This document shows positions 1 through 12,996 of a stretch of 64,000 nucleotides of DNA, piece by piece. Both the position numbers and the translations under genes were made by a program. Below the pieces are notes generated by a model. That model saw only the letters and a list, made by a program, of their open reading frames with translations, was not told the DNA's origin and ran no database searches. This stretch comes from Candidatus Kapaibacterium sp. Lineage in GTDB: Bacteria > Bacteroidota > Ignavibacteria > Kapaibacteriales > UBA2268. Position 1 is the stretch's first letter. Each line of letters opens with the position of its first letter. The stretch spans positions 2,656,001-2,720,000 of the forward strand of contig OY762428.1 in NCBI GenBank assembly GCA_963665665.1. Reading direction: 5' to 3'.

Positions 1-2
1 AT

Positions 3-3000
3 AAGTGTGTGGAAGGTGCAAAGAAAATTGCAGCCGGAAATCTTAATGTTGATTTGGAAGCAGTAAGTGAGGATGAAACCGGGATATTGCTTAATTCAAT
101 GAAAAGCATGAAGGTCAGCATTGAGAATATGATAAAAGAGACAAACAGTTTGTCGGAAGCAGCAACATTGGGTAAACTGGATCACCGTGGCGATACTGCT
201 AAATTCAAAGGTGAGTTTGCCACCCTTATTGGTGGAATAAACGAAACACTCGATGCTGTTATCAGCCCTTTGAATGTAACTGCCGAATATGTTGACCGCA
301 TAAGCAAGGGCGATATTCCTCCGAAAATTACAGATGAATATAATGGTGATTTCAATGAGATCAAGAATAACCTGAACTTGTGTATTGATGTTATGAACGG
401 CCTTCTTGGCGAGACAAACGATCTTGTAATTGCAACTAAAAAAGGTAAACTTGATAAACGCGGGGATGCAGGGAAATATACCGGTGACTGGCAAAAGCTA
501 ATTAGCGGCGTGAACGACCTTATAGATGCCTTCGTCGGTCCGATAAACGTGACTGCTGAATATGTTGACCGCATAAGCAAAGGCGATATTCCACCCCGCA
601 TAGTGGACGAATACCAGGGTGATTTCAACGAGATCAAGAATAACCTGAATTTGTGTATTGATGTTATGAACGGCCTGCTTTCGGAAACTGGTGAATTAAT
701 TAATGCAGCTACAAACGGTAAACTGGATAAGAGAGGCAATAAGGAACAATTCATAGGAAGCTGGAAAGACTTGATTGGTGGTGTAAACGACCTGATAGAT
801 GCATTCGTGGGGCCGATAAACGTAACAGCCGAATATGTTGACCGCATAAGCAAAGGCGATATTCCTCCGAAAATTACAGATGAATATAATGGTGATTTCA
901 ATGAGATAAAGAATAATCTGAACTTGTGTATTGATTCGATAAATGAATTAGTAAGTGATGTTGATCTTCTGATTGTTGCTGCAGGTAAAGAGGAATTTGA
1001 TACAAGAGCAGATGCTGACAAGCACAGCGGAAATTATAAAGACATAGTTAACGGGATAAACAAGACACTTGAATTGGTTGCAGGCAAGCTCTATATTTAT
1101 GAAGCATCTCTTGATTCATTGCCATTCCCAGTTTCAATTACTGATATGGATATGAACTGGATATTCTTCAACAGAGCTGTTAGTGAAATTACTGGCCTCG
1201 ACAGGTCTCAGATGTTAGGGAAGCAATGCAGTAACTGGAATGCAGATATTTGCAATAGTGAAAAATGTGGTATTCAACTTCTAAGAAAGGGATCGCCGAC
1301 AAGTTATTTCAAACAGCCCGGATTAGATCAGGATTTCAAAGTAGATACAACATACATAGTGGATAACAGTGGCGGACAAATTGGGCACATAGAGATTATT
1401 CAGGATGTTACGGCAACCAACAGGGTCAGGGAATACATGGATAAAGAGGTCAACAAGCTGGCAGAAAACCTTGTTGAATTCTCTAAAGGAAATCTTAGTA
1501 TTGATACATCAGTATCGGATTCAGATAAATATACCGAAGAAACCAGAAAGAAATTCCTTGTGATCAAAGAGGCTATTGACGAATCTATACGTTCTGTAGG
1601 AGATGTGCTTGGTGAAGTTAACACAATGGTAGGATCAGTTGTTAAGGGTGCTTTGGATAAAAGAGGCAATAAAGATCAGTTCAACGGTGAATGGCAAACG
1701 CTCATTGGCGGCGTGAATGATCTTATTGATGCTTTCGTGGGGCCGATAAACGTAACTGCCGAATATGTTGACCGCATAAGCAAAGGCGACATACCGCCCC
1801 GCATTGTGGATGAATACCATGGTGATTTCAATGAGATCAAGAATAACCTGAACCAGTGTATTGACATTATGACCGGACTTCTTGGAGAGACTAATAACCT
1901 TGTGGAGGCAACCAAGGCAGGTAAGCTTGACAAGCGCGGCGATAAGGATAGATTCACTGGTGATTGGCAGGCGCTTATTGGCGGAGTAAATGACCTGATT
2001 GATGCTTTTGTAGGGCCGATAAACGTAACTGCCGAATATGTTGACCGCATAAGCAAAGGCGATATCCCACCCCGCATTGTGGATGAATACCATGGTGATT
2101 TCAACGAGATCAAGAATAACCTGAATCTGTGTATTGATGTTATGAACGGCCTGGTTTCAGAAACTGAAGGATTGATTAATGCCGCTACAAACGGTAAGCT
2201 GGATATGAGAGGCGATAAGGAACAATTCGTAGGAAGCTGGAAAGAACTTATTGGCGGAGTAAATGACCTGATTGATGCTTTTGTAGGGCCGATAAACGTA
2301 ACTGCCGAATATGTTGACCGCATAAGCAAAGGCGATATCCCACCCCGCATTGTTGATGAATACAAAGGCGATTTCAATGAGATCAAGAATAATCTGAATG
2401 TTTGTATAGAAGCAATTACTTCACTTGTTAGTGATGCTAATATGCTTGCAAAGGCAGGATCCGAAGGACGGTTGAGAATAAGGGCTAATGCCGATAAACA
2501 TGGCGGTGATTTTAGAAATATAATTGCAGGTGTGAATAATACACTTGATGCAGTAGTGGGATTGCTTGACAACCTGCCGATACCGGCAATGGGTATAGAT
2601 TCAGACTTCAATATTGTATATATGAATAATACCGGGGCAAGCATTAGCGGAAAGAATGGCAAAGACCTTGAAGGCATTAAATGTTATGATTACTTTAAGA
2701 CTGAAGACTGCAAAACACAAAATTGTGCCTGCCACAGGGCAATGCAGACTAAATCAATAGCATCGAGTGAAACAAGTGCTCAGCCGGTTCCGGGTGTTGA
2801 CCTTGAAATTTCATATTCAGGTATTCCTATCAAAGATGATAAGGGCAATGCCATAGGCGCCTTTGAAGTGGTAATGGATCAGACAGAAATTAAAACTGCC
2901 ATGAACCGTAATAACAAGATAGCCGAATACCAGGCTATAGAAACCAACAAACTTGTAGAAGCTCTCGAAATGCTGGCCGAAGGTGACTTCAGCGCTCATG

Positions 3001-4310
3001 TTGACCTTAACGATCCCGATGATGACACCAGCGAGGCATTTGATATTCTTTCCAGGATATTGTCTGCAATAAGGAAATTCACCAACGCTGTATTCCAGTT
3101 GCAGGACGATGTGAAGCAGCTTTCCGGTGCAGCTGTTGAAGGCAACCTTGCCCACAGGGCCGATACCGTTAGGCATAACGGCGACTTCCGCACATTGGTT
3201 GAAGGCCTGAATGCAACCCTGGACTTCATTATCGAACCGGTCAACGAGGCCAATGAAATCCTGTCCTTCCTTGCTCAGGGCGATCTGACAGTGAAAGTAA
3301 GCGGAGATTACAAAGGCGACCATAAGAAGCTGAAAGAAAGCATGAATCACCTTTCCGATTCACTTGCCAATGTTATCAGCCGTGTACGTGCATCAGTGGA
3401 ATCAGTATCCAGTGCATCGATTGAGACCTCGTCAACGGCAGAAGCAATGGCGGCAGCCTCCCAGGAACAGTCCTCACAGGCAGATGAAGTTGCATCGGCA
3501 GTGGAGGAAATGTCCAGAACAATAACAGAGAATGCCATGGCAGCAGGCCGAACAGCAGAAGTAGCCGAGAAGAACGGCAGCATAGCCAAAGACGGCGGTG
3601 ATGTAGTTGAGCAGACAATAAATAAGATGAAGGATATAGCCAGTGTTGTACACCAGTCGGCTGAGAATATTGAGAAACTCGGCGAATCAAGCAAGAAGAT
3701 TGGCGAGATAATATCGGTAATTGATGATATTGCCGACCAGACCAACCTTCTGGCACTGAATGCAGCAATCGAAGCAGCCCGTGCCGGTGAGCAGGGCCGG
3801 GGATTTGCTGTTGTAGCAGACGAAGTAAGGAAACTTGCCGAACGCACCACCGAGGCAACCAAGCAGATAGCCTCGATGATCAAAGGCATTCAGGCAGAGA
3901 CCGAGGTTGCCGTGAAAGTAATGACACATGGTAACGAAGAAGTTAAAAGCGGAATAGAACTTGCTGACAGAGCAGGCAATGCCCTTGAGCAGGTAGTTGG
4001 AAGCAGTCAGGAAGTGCTTGATATGATTAACCAGATAGCCGCCGCCAGCGAGGAGCAGTCCTCCACCAGCGAACAGATATCACAGAACGTGATGGCCATC
4101 TCCAAGGTAACAGCTGATTCGGCCCGCAGGGTTGAAGAGATAGCCGGGGCTTCGGAAGGTATAGCCAAACTATCAGAAGAACTTGCAGGCCTGATGGCAG
4201 CCTTCAAGATTGCTGATTCTGCATATTCACTCGGATCGGGCAGCTCAGGTATGGTCAATCAGAAACTGGAAGCAAGAGAAAACAAAATGCTTACGGGGTA
4301 TGAAGAATAA
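3..4310 (+). CDS. Methyl-accepting chemotaxis protein with poly-HAMP repeats and two PAS domains (5' end truncated by the window)
   Basis: The frame is open to the window edge. Six repeats contain [19 protein letters not shown], with about 91-aa spacing within each cluster. There are two PAS-like segments and the MCP signalling motif [40 protein letters not shown]. Confidence 0.95.
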   Translation, partial: KCVEGAKKIAAGNLNVDLEAVSEDETGILLNSMKSMKVSIENMIKETNSLSEAATLGKLDHRGDTAKFKGEFATLIGGINETLDAVISPLNVTAEYVDRISKGDIPPKITDEYNGDFNEIKNNLNLCIDVMNGLLGETNDLVIATKKGKLDKRGDAGKYTGDWQKLISGVNDLIDAFVGPINVTAEYVDRISKGDIPPRIVDEYQGDFNEIKNNLNLCIDVMNGLLSETGELINAATNGKLDKRGNKEQFIGSWKDLIGGVNDLIDAFVGPINVTAEYVDRISKGDIPPKITDEYNGDFNEIKNNLNLCIDSINELVSDVDLLIVAAGKEEFDTRADADKHSGNYKDIVNGINKTLELVAGKLYIYEASLDSLPFPVSITDMDMNWIFFNRAVSEITGLDRSQMLGKQCSNWNADICNSEKCGIQLLRKGSPTSYFKQPGLDQDFKVDTTYIVDNSGGQIGHIEIIQDVTATNRVREYMDKEVNKLAENLVEFSKGNLSIDTSVSDSDKYTEETRKKFLVIKEAIDESIRSVGDVLGEVNTMVGSVVKGALDKRGNKDQFNGEWQTLIGGVNDLIDAFVGPINVTAEYVDRISKGDIPPRIVDEYHGDFNEIKNNLNQCIDIMTGLLGETNNLVEATKAGKLDKRGDKDRFTGDWQALIGGVNDLIDAFVGPINVTAEYVDRISKGDIPPRIVDEYHGDFNEIKNNLNLCIDVMNGLVSETEGLINAATNGKLDMRGDKEQFVGSWKELIGGVNDLIDAFVGPINVTAEYVDRISKGDIPPRIVDEYKGDFNEIKNNLNVCIEAITSLVSDANMLAKAGSEGRLRIRANADKHGGDFRNIIAGVNNTLDAVVGLLDNLPIPAMGIDSDFNIVYMNNTGASISGKNGKDLEGIKCYDYFKTEDCKTQNCACHRAMQTKSIASSETSAQPVPGVDLEISYSGIPIKDDKGNAIGAFEVVMDQTEIKTAMNRNNKIAEYQAIETNKLVEALEMLAEGDFSAHVDLNDPDDDTSEAFDILSRILSAIRKFTNAVFQLQDDVKQLSGAAVEGNLAHRADTVRHNGDFRTLVEGLNATLDFIIEPVNEANEILSFLAQGDLTVKVSGDYKGDHKKLKESMNHLSDSLANVISRVRASVESVSSASIETSSTAEAMAAASQEQSSQADEVASAVEEMSRTITENAMAAGRTAEVAEKNGSIAKDGGDVVEQTINKMKDIASVVHQSAENIEKLGESSKKIGEIISVIDDIADQTNLLALNAAIEAARAGEQGRGFAVVADEVRKLAERTTEATKQIASMIKGIQAETEVAVKVMTHGNEEVKSGIELADRAGNALEQVVGSSQEVLDMINQIAAASEEQSSTSEQISQNVMAISKVTADSARRVEEIAGASEGIAKLSEELAGLMAAFKIADSAYSLGSGSSGMVNQKLEARENKMLTGYEE

Positions 4311-4352
4311 AATGATTAAGTAGATATCCGATTATCCCTATTACTATTGCGG

Positions 4353-4385
4353 AGCTGTCCTGTATTAAATGCAGGGCAGCTTTTT
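4353..4385 (+). terminator. Intrinsic terminator after MCP 1
   Basis: Hairpin AGCTGTCCTGTAT-TAA-ATGCAGGGCAGCT followed by a T tract. Confidence 0.85.
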
Positions 4386-4744
4386 AAATTAAGGAACAAT
4401 GATCGTTAGGTAGAGGATAAAATTATTATAAAAATAGATTAATAAAAATTAATAAAATAGATAAAAAATTAAAATTGAATATTAAAAAATAAAACAAATA
4501 AATTAAAAAATATATCTTTTAAACTAATAACAATCAATAAATAAAATATTCTGACATATCTAATATAACCAATCAATTAAATGTATTGAAGAGCTTATAT
4601 ATCTATATATGAATGTAGTCGTTAGCACTACAAATGTAAGCCGTTTCCCTACATAAAAAATAGACTTTGGCCTACAAATAAATAATATTAACATGTTATA
4701 TTAATAACAAAACAAATTGTAACCATTATCTATTTGGGAGAAAA

Positions 4745-7700
4745 ATGAAAATAAAAGATTTAAAAATAGCTCACAAGCTGAACGGAGGATTTGGCATAAT
4801 ACTGATCCTTCTTGTTATAGTAGGCGCTGTCGGTATTTTCGGTTTTGGCAGCTACAGGGAAATTGCCCGGGATAATGTCCTGATGGGCAGAATTCAGGCA
4901 AACCTGCTGATGTGCCGTTTAATGGTAAAGGAATTTGTGAAAACATCAAGCGAAGCTTCAGTAGAGGAGTTTAATACAAGAATGACTCAACTAAAGGAAT
5001 TTGTGCAGGAAGCTCAGGATGATATCAATAATTCTGCAAGAGCCGAAAAAGTAGATTTGATAGATCAGGATATTACAAAATATCAAGATGGATTTAAGCA
5101 GGTAACTGATTATGCAGCAAAGCGAAATCAGATAGTAGCGGATCTTGCCGGTAAGGGTTTGAAAATGCGGGAGAACCTAACAGAGATTATGAAAACTGCT
5201 TATAGGGACGGCGACCCTTCGGCGGCATATTATGCGGGGCGTGCTCAGGAACACGTTGTTCTTGGCAGGCTATACGTTTATAAGTTCCTGGATCAGAATT
5301 TTCAGGAAGATTATAACAGGGCAATAAAGGAATTTATTGACGAAACAGATCACCTGCTTGCCACAATGGATCAGAATCTTCAGAATTCTAACAGGCGCAG
5401 GATGCTTGCGGAAGTTGTTGAAATCAAAGAAAATTATCTGAAAAATCTGGACGAGCTGAAAAATACAATTTTTGCAAGGAACGAAGTTATTAAAGGTACA
5501 CTTGATAAAATTGGCCCTGAAGTTGCTGACGCTGCCGAATGGATTAAGCTGGATATAAAAGAAGAACAGGATACACTCGGCCCGATGGTAACCACAATAC
5601 TAATTGTGGCTTCAATTCTGGGTGTCATTTTATCCTTTATTGTTTCAATAACAATCACTAAGCAAATTAAACAGCCGGTGGATGAAATACTTGATGTTGC
5701 ACTTGCAATGTCGGAAGGTAATGTAAATAAGAAGATCACAATAAAACAAAAGGATGAAATCGGCCAAATGGCAGATGCCTTCAAGGAAATGCAGGGTGTT
5801 GTACAGAATATTCTGGGAGAAACCGACCGCCTGATTGGCGCTACCAAGGACGGTAAATTAGATGCCCGTGGTAATGCTGCCGACTATAAAGGCAGCTGGA
5901 ATGATCTTATCGAGGGTGTAAATGATCTGATCAATGCCTTCGTTGGCCCGATAAACGTAACTGCCGAATATGTTGACAGAATTAGCAAGGGTGATATTCC
6001 TCCAAGGATAACTGATGAATACAAAGGCGATTTCAACGAGATCAAAAACAACCTGAATCAGTGTATCGATATAATGTCGTCATTACTTGTTGAAACGAAT
6101 ACACTCGTGGAAGGGGCTAAGAACGGCAAGCTGGATCTCAGGGCTGACAAAAATAAATTCACCGGCGACTGGCAAACCCTTGTCGGCGGAGTGAATGAAC
6201 TTGTTGATGCTTTTGTAGGGCCGATAAACGTAACAGCCGAATATGTTGACAGAATCAGTAAGGGAGATATTCCTCCGAAAATTGTGGATGAATATAAGGG
6301 TGATTTCAACGAGATCAAGAATAATCTGAATCAATGTATAAATATAATGACGGCGTTGCTTGATGAAACAGGTATGCTTATCGATGCAACAAAGAATGGC
6401 AAACTGGATGTAAGGGCAAATAAAGATACATTTACCGGCGATTGGCAGACTCTTGTCGGGGGAGTGAATGAACTTGTTGACGCTTTTGTGGGGCCGATTA
6501 ATGTAACTGCCGAATATGTTGACAGAATTAGTAAAGGTGATATTCCACCGAAGATTACCGACGAATACAAAGGCGATTTCAACGAGATCAAAAACAACCT
6601 GAATCAATGTATCAATATCATGACATCATTGCTCGATGAAACAGGTATGCTTATCGATGCTACTAAAAATGGAAGACTTGATGTCAGAGCAAATAAAGAA
6701 ACATTTACCGGCGACTGGCAGACTCTTGTCGGCGGAGTGAATGAGCTGGTTGATGCATTCGTTGGCCCCATTAATGTAACAGCAGAATATGTAGACAGGA
6801 TTAGCAAAGGGGATATTCCACCGAAGATCACCGACGAATACAAAGGTGATTTCAACGAGATCAAAAACAACCTGAATCAGTGTATTGATGTGCTAAACGG
6901 GCTGATTAATGAAATGAACCACATGAGTACACAGCATGATCTGGGCGATATTGATGTGATTATTCCTGTTGATAATTTTACAGGTGCATATAATACTATG
7001 GCACAGGGAATAAATGATATGGTTAATGGCCATATAAGTGTTAAGAAAAAAGCAATGGCATGTATTGCAGAATTCGGCGAAGGTAATTTCGATGCCGAAA
7101 TTGAGCAGTTCCCCGGCAAGAAGAAATTTATTAACGATACTATCGAGGCTGTAAGAGTTAACTTGAAGAAAATTGCTTCTGAAGTTAATGAACTTATTGA
7201 TGCTACGAAAGAAGGTAAACTGGATGTCAGGGGTAACAGAAATAACTTTACAGGTGATTGGGCAGAGTTAGTTTCCGGAATGAATGATCTTATTGATGCA
7301 TTTGTAGCTCCGATAAATGTAACAGCCGAATATGTTGACAGAATTAGTAAAGGAGATATTCCACCGAAGATAACAGATGAATATAAAGGTGATTTCAACG
7401 AGATCAAGAATAACCTGAACCAGTGTATAGATGTACTTAACGGGTTGATTAATGACATGAACCACATGAGTACACAGCACGACCTGGGCGATATTGATGT
7501 TATTATTCCAGTTGATAATTTTTCAGGTGCATATAATACTATGGCACAGGGTATAAACGATATGGTTAACGGCCATATAAGTGTAAAGAAAAAAGCAATG
7601 GTATGTATTGCAGAATTCGGCGAAGGTAATTTCGATGCCGAAATTGAGCAGTTCCCCGGCAAGAAGAAATTTATTAACGATACTATCGAGGCTGTAAGGG

Positions 7701-9874
7701 TTAACCTGAAAAATATTTCGACTGAAGTAAAAGACCTTATAAATGCTTCTAAAAACGGGAAACTTGATGTACGGGGCGACAGGAATAAGTTTACCGGCGA
7801 CTGGGCTGAACTTGTTTCCGGTATGAATGACCTTATTGATGCTTTTGTGGGGCCTATAAACGTTACCGCTGAATATGTTGACAGAATCAGTAAGGGAGAT
7901 ATACCTCCGAAGATAACAGATGAATATAAAGGTGATTTTAATGAGATCAAGAATAATCTGAATGTATGTATTGATGCGATTAGCAGCATGGTTGCCGATG
8001 CGAACATGCTTGCGAAAGCCGGCTCCGAAGGCCGATTAAGAACAAGAGCCAATGCTGACAAACATGGTGGCGATTTCCGTAATATCATCGCAGGAGTGAA
8101 TAATACACTTGACTCTGTTGTTGGTGTTATTGATAATCTTCCGATACCTGCAATGGGCATTGATAAAGACTTCAATATAATTTATATGAATGATACAGGT
8201 GCTGGCCTTAGCGGGAAAACCGGAAGTGAAGTTGAAGGTATGAAATGCTTCGACCACTTCAAGACTTCAGACTGTAAAACACAAAATTGTGCTGCTCACA
8301 GGGCAATGCAGACTAAATCAATATCATCGAGTGAAACAAGTGCTCAGCCGGTTCCGGGTGTTGAACTTGAAATATCATATTCAGGTATTCCTATTAAAGA
8401 CGATAAGGGCAATGCCATAGGCGCCTTTGAAGTGGTAATGGATCAGACAGAAATTAAAACTGCCATGAACCGTAATAACAAGATAGCCGAATACCAGGCT
8501 ATAGAAACCAACAAACTTGTAGAAGCTCTTGAAATGCTGGCCGAAGGTGACTTCAGCGCTCATGTTGACCTTAACGATCCCGATGATGATACCCGCGAGG
8601 CATTTGATATCTTGTCCAGAATATTAACTGCAATAAGGAAATTTACCGGTGCTGTGTTCCAGTTGCAGGACGATGTGAAGCAGCTTTCCGGTGCAGCTGT
8701 TGACGGCAACCTTGCCCACAGGGCCGATACCGTTAGGCATAACGGCGACTTCCGCACATTGGTTGAAGGCCTGAATGCAACCCTGGACTTCATTATCGAA
8801 CCGGTCAACGAGGCCAATGAAATCCTGTCCTTCCTTGCTCAGGGCGATCTGACAGTGAAAGTAAGCGGAGATTACAAAGGCGACCATAAGAAGCTGAAAG
8901 AAAGCATGAATCACCTTTCCGATTCACTTGCCAATGTTATCAGCCGTGTACGTGCATCAGTGGAATCAGTATCCAGCGCATCGATTGAGACCTCGTCAAC
9001 AGCAGAAGCAATGGCAGCGGCCTCCCAGGAACAGTCCTCACAGGCAGATGAAGTGGCTTCGGCAGTAGAGGAAATGTCCAGAACAATAACAGAGAATGCC
9101 ATGGCAGCAGGCCGAACGGCAGAAGTAGCCGAAAAGAACGGCAGCATAGCCAAAGACGGCGGTGATGTAGTTGAGCAGACAATAAATAAGATGAAGGATA
9201 TAGCCAGTGTTGTACACCAGTCGGCAGAGAATATCGAGAAACTCGGCGAATCAAGCAAGAAGATAGGCGAGATAATATCGGTAATTGATGATATTGCCGA
9301 CCAGACCAACCTTCTGGCACTGAATGCAGCAATCGAAGCAGCCCGTGCCGGTGAGCAGGGCCGGGGATTTGCTGTTGTAGCAGACGAAGTAAGGAAACTT
9401 GCCGAACGCACCACCGAGGCAACCAAGCAGATAGCCTCGATGATCAAAGGCATTCAGGCAGAGACCGAGGTTGCCGTGAAAGTAATGACACATGGTAACG
9501 AAGAAGTTAAAAGCGGAATAGAACTTGCTGACAGAGCCGGAAACGCTCTTGAACAAGTTGTTGGCAGCAGTCAGGAAGTGCTTGATATGATTAACCAGAT
9601 AGCCGCCGCCAGCGAGGAACAGTCCTCCACCAGCGAACAGATATCACAGAACGTGATGGCCATCTCCAAGGTAACAGCTGATTCAGCGCGCAGGGTAGAA
9701 GAGATAGCCGGAGCTTCGGAAGGTATAGCCAAACTATCAGAAGAACTTGCAGGCCTGATGGCAGCCTTCAAGATTGCTGATTCTGCATATTCACTGGGAT
9801 CGGGCAGTTCAGGTATGGTCAATCAGAAACTGGAAGCAAGAGAAAACAAAATGCTTACGGGGTATGAAGAATGA
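4745..9874 (+). CDS. Membrane-bound methyl-accepting chemotaxis protein (2 TM, periplasmic helical sensor, poly-HAMP, PAS, MCP signal domain)
   Basis: GGAG RBS precedes the ATG. TM1 is [18 protein letters not shown] and TM2 is [19 protein letters not shown]. It has six ISKGDIPP repeats, two [11 protein letters not shown] modules and the MCP signalling motif. Confidence 0.95.
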   Translation: MKIKDLKIAHKLNGGFGIILILLVIVGAVGIFGFGSYREIARDNVLMGRIQANLLMCRLMVKEFVKTSSEASVEEFNTRMTQLKEFVQEAQDDINNSARAEKVDLIDQDITKYQDGFKQVTDYAAKRNQIVADLAGKGLKMRENLTEIMKTAYRDGDPSAAYYAGRAQEHVVLGRLYVYKFLDQNFQEDYNRAIKEFIDETDHLLATMDQNLQNSNRRRMLAEVVEIKENYLKNLDELKNTIFARNEVIKGTLDKIGPEVADAAEWIKLDIKEEQDTLGPMVTTILIVASILGVILSFIVSITITKQIKQPVDEILDVALAMSEGNVNKKITIKQKDEIGQMADAFKEMQGVVQNILGETDRLIGATKDGKLDARGNAADYKGSWNDLIEGVNDLINAFVGPINVTAEYVDRISKGDIPPRITDEYKGDFNEIKNNLNQCIDIMSSLLVETNTLVEGAKNGKLDLRADKNKFTGDWQTLVGGVNELVDAFVGPINVTAEYVDRISKGDIPPKIVDEYKGDFNEIKNNLNQCINIMTALLDETGMLIDATKNGKLDVRANKDTFTGDWQTLVGGVNELVDAFVGPINVTAEYVDRISKGDIPPKITDEYKGDFNEIKNNLNQCINIMTSLLDETGMLIDATKNGRLDVRANKETFTGDWQTLVGGVNELVDAFVGPINVTAEYVDRISKGDIPPKITDEYKGDFNEIKNNLNQCIDVLNGLINEMNHMSTQHDLGDIDVIIPVDNFTGAYNTMAQGINDMVNGHISVKKKAMACIAEFGEGNFDAEIEQFPGKKKFINDTIEAVRVNLKKIASEVNELIDATKEGKLDVRGNRNNFTGDWAELVSGMNDLIDAFVAPINVTAEYVDRISKGDIPPKITDEYKGDFNEIKNNLNQCIDVLNGLINDMNHMSTQHDLGDIDVIIPVDNFSGAYNTMAQGINDMVNGHISVKKKAMVCIAEFGEGNFDAEIEQFPGKKKFINDTIEAVRVNLKNISTEVKDLINASKNGKLDVRGDRNKFTGDWAELVSGMNDLIDAFVGPINVTAEYVDRISKGDIPPKITDEYKGDFNEIKNNLNVCIDAISSMVADANMLAKAGSEGRLRTRANADKHGGDFRNIIAGVNNTLDSVVGVIDNLPIPAMGIDKDFNIIYMNDTGAGLSGKTGSEVEGMKCFDHFKTSDCKTQNCAAHRAMQTKSISSSETSAQPVPGVELEISYSGIPIKDDKGNAIGAFEVVMDQTEIKTAMNRNNKIAEYQAIETNKLVEALEMLAEGDFSAHVDLNDPDDDTREAFDILSRILTAIRKFTGAVFQLQDDVKQLSGAAVDGNLAHRADTVRHNGDFRTLVEGLNATLDFIIEPVNEANEILSFLAQGDLTVKVSGDYKGDHKKLKESMNHLSDSLANVISRVRASVESVSSASIETSSTAEAMAAASQEQSSQADEVASAVEEMSRTITENAMAAGRTAEVAEKNGSIAKDGGDVVEQTINKMKDIASVVHQSAENIEKLGESSKKIGEIISVIDDIADQTNLLALNAAIEAARAGEQGRGFAVVADEVRKLAERTTEATKQIASMIKGIQAETEVAVKVMTHGNEEVKSGIELADRAGNALEQVVGSSQEVLDMINQIAAASEEQSSTSEQISQNVMAISKVTADSARRVEEIAGASEGIAKLSEELAGLMAAFKIADSAYSLGSGSSGMVNQKLEARENKMLTGYEE

Positions 9875-9916
9875 AATGATTAAGTAGATATCCGATTATC
9901 CCTATTACTATTGCGA

Positions 9917-9949
9917 AGCTGTCCTGTATTAAATGCAGGGCAGCTTTTT
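9917..9949 (+). terminator. Intrinsic terminator after MCP 2 (copy of 4353-4385)
   Basis: Same hairpin and T tract as after MCP 1. Confidence 0.85.
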
Positions 9950-10890
9950 GTATTATAATATTTGTTCATTCAGAAATTCGAAAGTATCGCTAACTTCTTC
10001 GCTGTAGTTTTTATTATTCCAATACCTTCCCGGCACTCGCAGTGTGTATCATCCCCGAATGGAGGCCCTGCCCTTATGCAATTCCTTTGTACATCAACAA
10101 TAATTTGCATTATTTCATGCTTTGGCCGGTCATATTTTGTTTTGTTCCATCTTATAAAATTTAATCACTCCTGTTTAATCCACAATTTTCGGCATATAAA
10201 AGCAAAACTTTGCATCAAATCAAACTAAAGTCGCTGCTGAACTTGCTTTCCGGCATCTGAAATATTGAAATTAACCCTCTTATTTGCCATTGTTTATCAG
10301 ACAAACCCGAATTATTTTGCAATAATATTGATTCAAATATTTGAATAATAATATTAATAATTCAAATTATACAATTATTTTTATAAATAACTAAATAATC
10401 AATAATTATTACACTATTATTAATATATCCTACCCTTTATATAGTCCATCTAACAAAAGTATTGATATAATTTATAAAATATTTAATCTGTATAATTAAA
10501 TATTTTTTATATCTGATAAAATAAATGAATTAATCAATAAAATATATTATCCATATTATAATTACTATAGTATGTTTTAAAAATTAGATGAATTGATTCT
10601 ATTATAAATCATGTTAATTATTTTCTTATTTGAATCATTAATTTGTTTATCTGTAATAATAATATGTTAAGACAGTTCAAATTATTGATTGAATAATTTG
10701 AAAATATTTTAATTTAGACCATTAATTTTACAATTAGGGATAATTATTTTGTCATTTAGTTTGGTTATTTTATCAGACATTTTAAATATTTACTGATTTA
10801 TGTATTTTATTTGATATTCAATAATCAGGAATCAGTATTTACAGGCAGGCAAAGATTATTACATAGCAATACAAAGCCGTTGAGGGTTAG

Positions 10891-10980
10891 GAGTTCGTTG
10901 AAAAACATAACGGAAATATCAGGGTGGAAAGTGAAATTGGAAAGGGTAGCAGCTTTATTGTTAGTTACCTGTCTGATTGA
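10891..10980 (+). pseudogene. Remnant of a histidine kinase HATPase_c C-terminus
   Basis: Translates EFVEKHNGNIRVESEIGKGSSFIVSYLSD*, a typical kinase ending. It is preceded by an in-frame TAG and has no start codon. Confidence 0.7.
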
Positions 10981-10987
10981 TATTAGC

Positions 10988-11029
10988 AGAAAAAAACCTT
11001 CCGAAAATTTGTTCCGGAAGGTTTTTTCT
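10988..11029. terminator. Bidirectional intrinsic terminator
   Basis: AGAAAAAAACCTTCCG...CGGAAGGTTTTTTCT inverted repeat with A/T tracts on both sides. Confidence 0.85.
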
Positions 11030-11043
11030 TTATAAAGACAAGT

Positions 11044-12996
11044 TTATCTTTCGATTATAAACGGGATGTTAAGAGTGCGTTCCATATAGTTCAGGCAGAT
11101 GAAATACCTTCCCTGGGGCGCCATGGGCATGGATACCCGGAATTCGCTTATTCCGGAATTCACCTCTTCCGAATTACTGATTGTTTTAACTGTCCTGCCG
11201 TTTATATCCCTTATAGTAATCGAGGAATTAAAAGGACTAATATATTTTGAATCTACTTTAAAAGTAAAATTGCCGTCATTCAGGCTGGGGAGAACAGAAA
11301 TATCCAGATTACTATCTGTGTTATCACTAACAGAGCTCCATACACTTGATGAACCGTGCAGGTCAATAAAGAATTCATTGCCGTTAACGGCCTGGTCAAC
11401 GTCAACTCTTACTTTGCCGTAATAATCTTTATTTTCTTCAAGCGGGAAGAAACGAACCTGATAGACCAGGGAGTCTGTGGGATCGATATATTTCGGATTA
11501 TTTATTGTCTGTGCGAAGCTAAATGACAGATCGTCATTAGTTTCATCATCAATATAAACGGAGATAAGAATCTCTGAATCACCAATATTTCTCAGAACAA
11601 GGTCCATATCGCTTTTCTGTCCTTCAGAGCTAACCTCGCCAAACTGAAGGGTATCCACATCAACGGCAAAGTTGCCGCCTTCGGGTGGTTTTTCGCCGCC
11701 ATAACCTTCAAGGGCAAACTTAAGGTTTGGCTGTGCTTTAGCGTTGGAACTTATCTCTATCATCATCCTGTATTCACCTTCGCCCATATCCGGCTGGAAT
11801 TCCACTTTAACTGTTTCGCTTTCACCGGGTTCGATTGAAAGCTTTGGATCGCCGTAATATATAAGGTTTTCTGTAACCGAAAAAGCGCTTGAACCTTCGG
11901 GATAAATAGTTTCGTCATCCCAGTAAATTGTACATAGCTGGGATATTTCAAGAGTTTCAACGCCAACATTTTTAACTTCAAAGCTCATTTCGCCTTTTTC
12001 TCCGTCTTCAACCGAGCCGAAGTCCAGGTGTGCGGGATCTACGGATATTTCCGGCCCCGGAGCTCCTGATTCGTCCAGAACCCAGCGCATGGCGTTCCAC
12101 ATCATGATCTTTTTAATATCCCACAGGCCGCCAAAGCCTTCCCAGGGGACTGACATAAACGTAATGCGGGAACGTGTTTCTTCATCAGAGAAATATTCTG
12201 CACGGATACCGAAAGCAGTATCGGACTGAGCTGTCAATGAGCGTTCAGTAATTGGAAATGTTTCGTTATCAGTACTGAAGAACCAGTCGACATCCAGGAA
12301 ATATGAATGAGGCTGAATAGCGTTGCCGCTGCTTTCGTCGCCTCCGTTAAAGTATTTGGGCAGCCCCATACCAACCGGGTCGCCGATAGTTCCCTCAATC
12401 TTAAACATCCACCACTCATAGCTGGTACTGCCTCCGGAGGAACTTACCCGGCTGCATTTGTATTTGCCCTGGTAGTCTATTCCCATAATATTTTCAAGGA
12501 AATTGCTAACATCGCCATCCGGGCTGGCCGAATTGCCCCAAAGTGCATTCTGGGCAATAATAATAACACCTTTGCCTGCATTGGCCATTTCCATGATCTT
12601 GTCAATTATTTTAATACCACCTTGGGTTCCGGACGAAAGCCCGAACCTGCTGCCCCAGTTGGGTGGCATGGTTACTCCGCCCGGCCCTGAATTCCCAATC
12701 GGGAATATTGCACAGTCGTAGTCAGTTATATTCACGGCATTGAAAGTTGCATCGGAAAAAGGAAGTTCGACAAAATCCTGAGAGTATTCATCGTGTGCCC
12801 TGAGTGTTGATGTATAGCAGGTATCCACCCAGTAATCAAGATTGGTAAAAATTACATAATTCCTTTCTACAAGCCTCGTCTGGAGAACCTCCAGGGCATC
12901 AGCCTTGGGCTCCGGAATAAGCATCTGAATACTATCAGAAGCTATTGTCTGGCTGTAAGCCAGCATCAAAACGATAAGTAAAAAATATTTTTTCAT
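11044..12996 (-). CDS. Secreted protein with two Ig-like (choice-of-anchor D/ASH-like) domains and a T9SS-type C-terminal sorting domain
   Basis: Signal peptide MKKYFLLIVLMLAYSQTIA (probable start 12996). Repeated LDFGSV...VKNVG and LQFGEV...LRNIGD Ig-like motifs. The C-terminus ISVLPSLNDGNF...IRDINGRTV...GRYFI resembles a Por secretion tail. Confidence 0.75.
   Translation of the reverse strand: MKKYFLLIVLMLAYSQTIASDSIQMLIPEPKADALEVLQTRLVERNYVIFTNLDYWVDTCYTSTLRAHDEYSQDFVELPFSDATFNAVNITDYDCAIFPIGNSGPGGVTMPPNWGSRFGLSSGTQGGIKIIDKIMEMANAGKGVIIIAQNALWGNSASPDGDVSNFLENIMGIDYQGKYKCSRVSSSGGSTSYEWWMFKIEGTIGDPVGMGLPKYFNGGDESSGNAIQPHSYFLDVDWFFSTDNETFPITERSLTAQSDTAFGIRAEYFSDEETRSRITFMSVPWEGFGGLWDIKKIMMWNAMRWVLDESGAPGPEISVDPAHLDFGSVEDGEKGEMSFEVKNVGVETLEISQLCTIYWDDETIYPEGSSAFSVTENLIYYGDPKLSIEPGESETVKVEFQPDMGEGEYRMMIEISSNAKAQPNLKFALEGYGGEKPPEGGNFAVDVDTLQFGEVSSEGQKSDMDLVLRNIGDSEILISVYIDDETNDDLSFSFAQTINNPKYIDPTDSLVYQVRFFPLEENKDYYGKVRVDVDQAVNGNEFFIDLHGSSSVWSSVSDNTDSNLDISVLPSLNDGNFTFKVDSKYISPFNSSITIRDINGRTVKTISNSEEVNSGISEFRVSMPMAPQGRYFICLNYMERTLNIPFIIER

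Larger units (their letters stand above)
2717..9949 (+). repeat. Near-identical direct repeat of about 1.67 kb (2717-4385 vs 8281-9949)
   Basis: Constant offset of 5564 bp. The C-terminal protein sequences are almost identical and the identity extends through the 3' UTR and terminator. Confidence 0.95.

Noticed and set aside
96-9822. Many long antisense ORFs over the chemoreceptor genes
   Set aside because: These are shadow frames of repetitive, codon-biased genes, with no protein motifs.
10290-10810. Very AT-rich tract as a possible replication origin
   Set aside because: I saw no DnaA-box cluster and no origin-linked genes.
10811-11035. 74-aa ORF in the track
   Set aside because: The meaningful signal, a kinase tail, is in another frame, and this ORF runs through the terminator.
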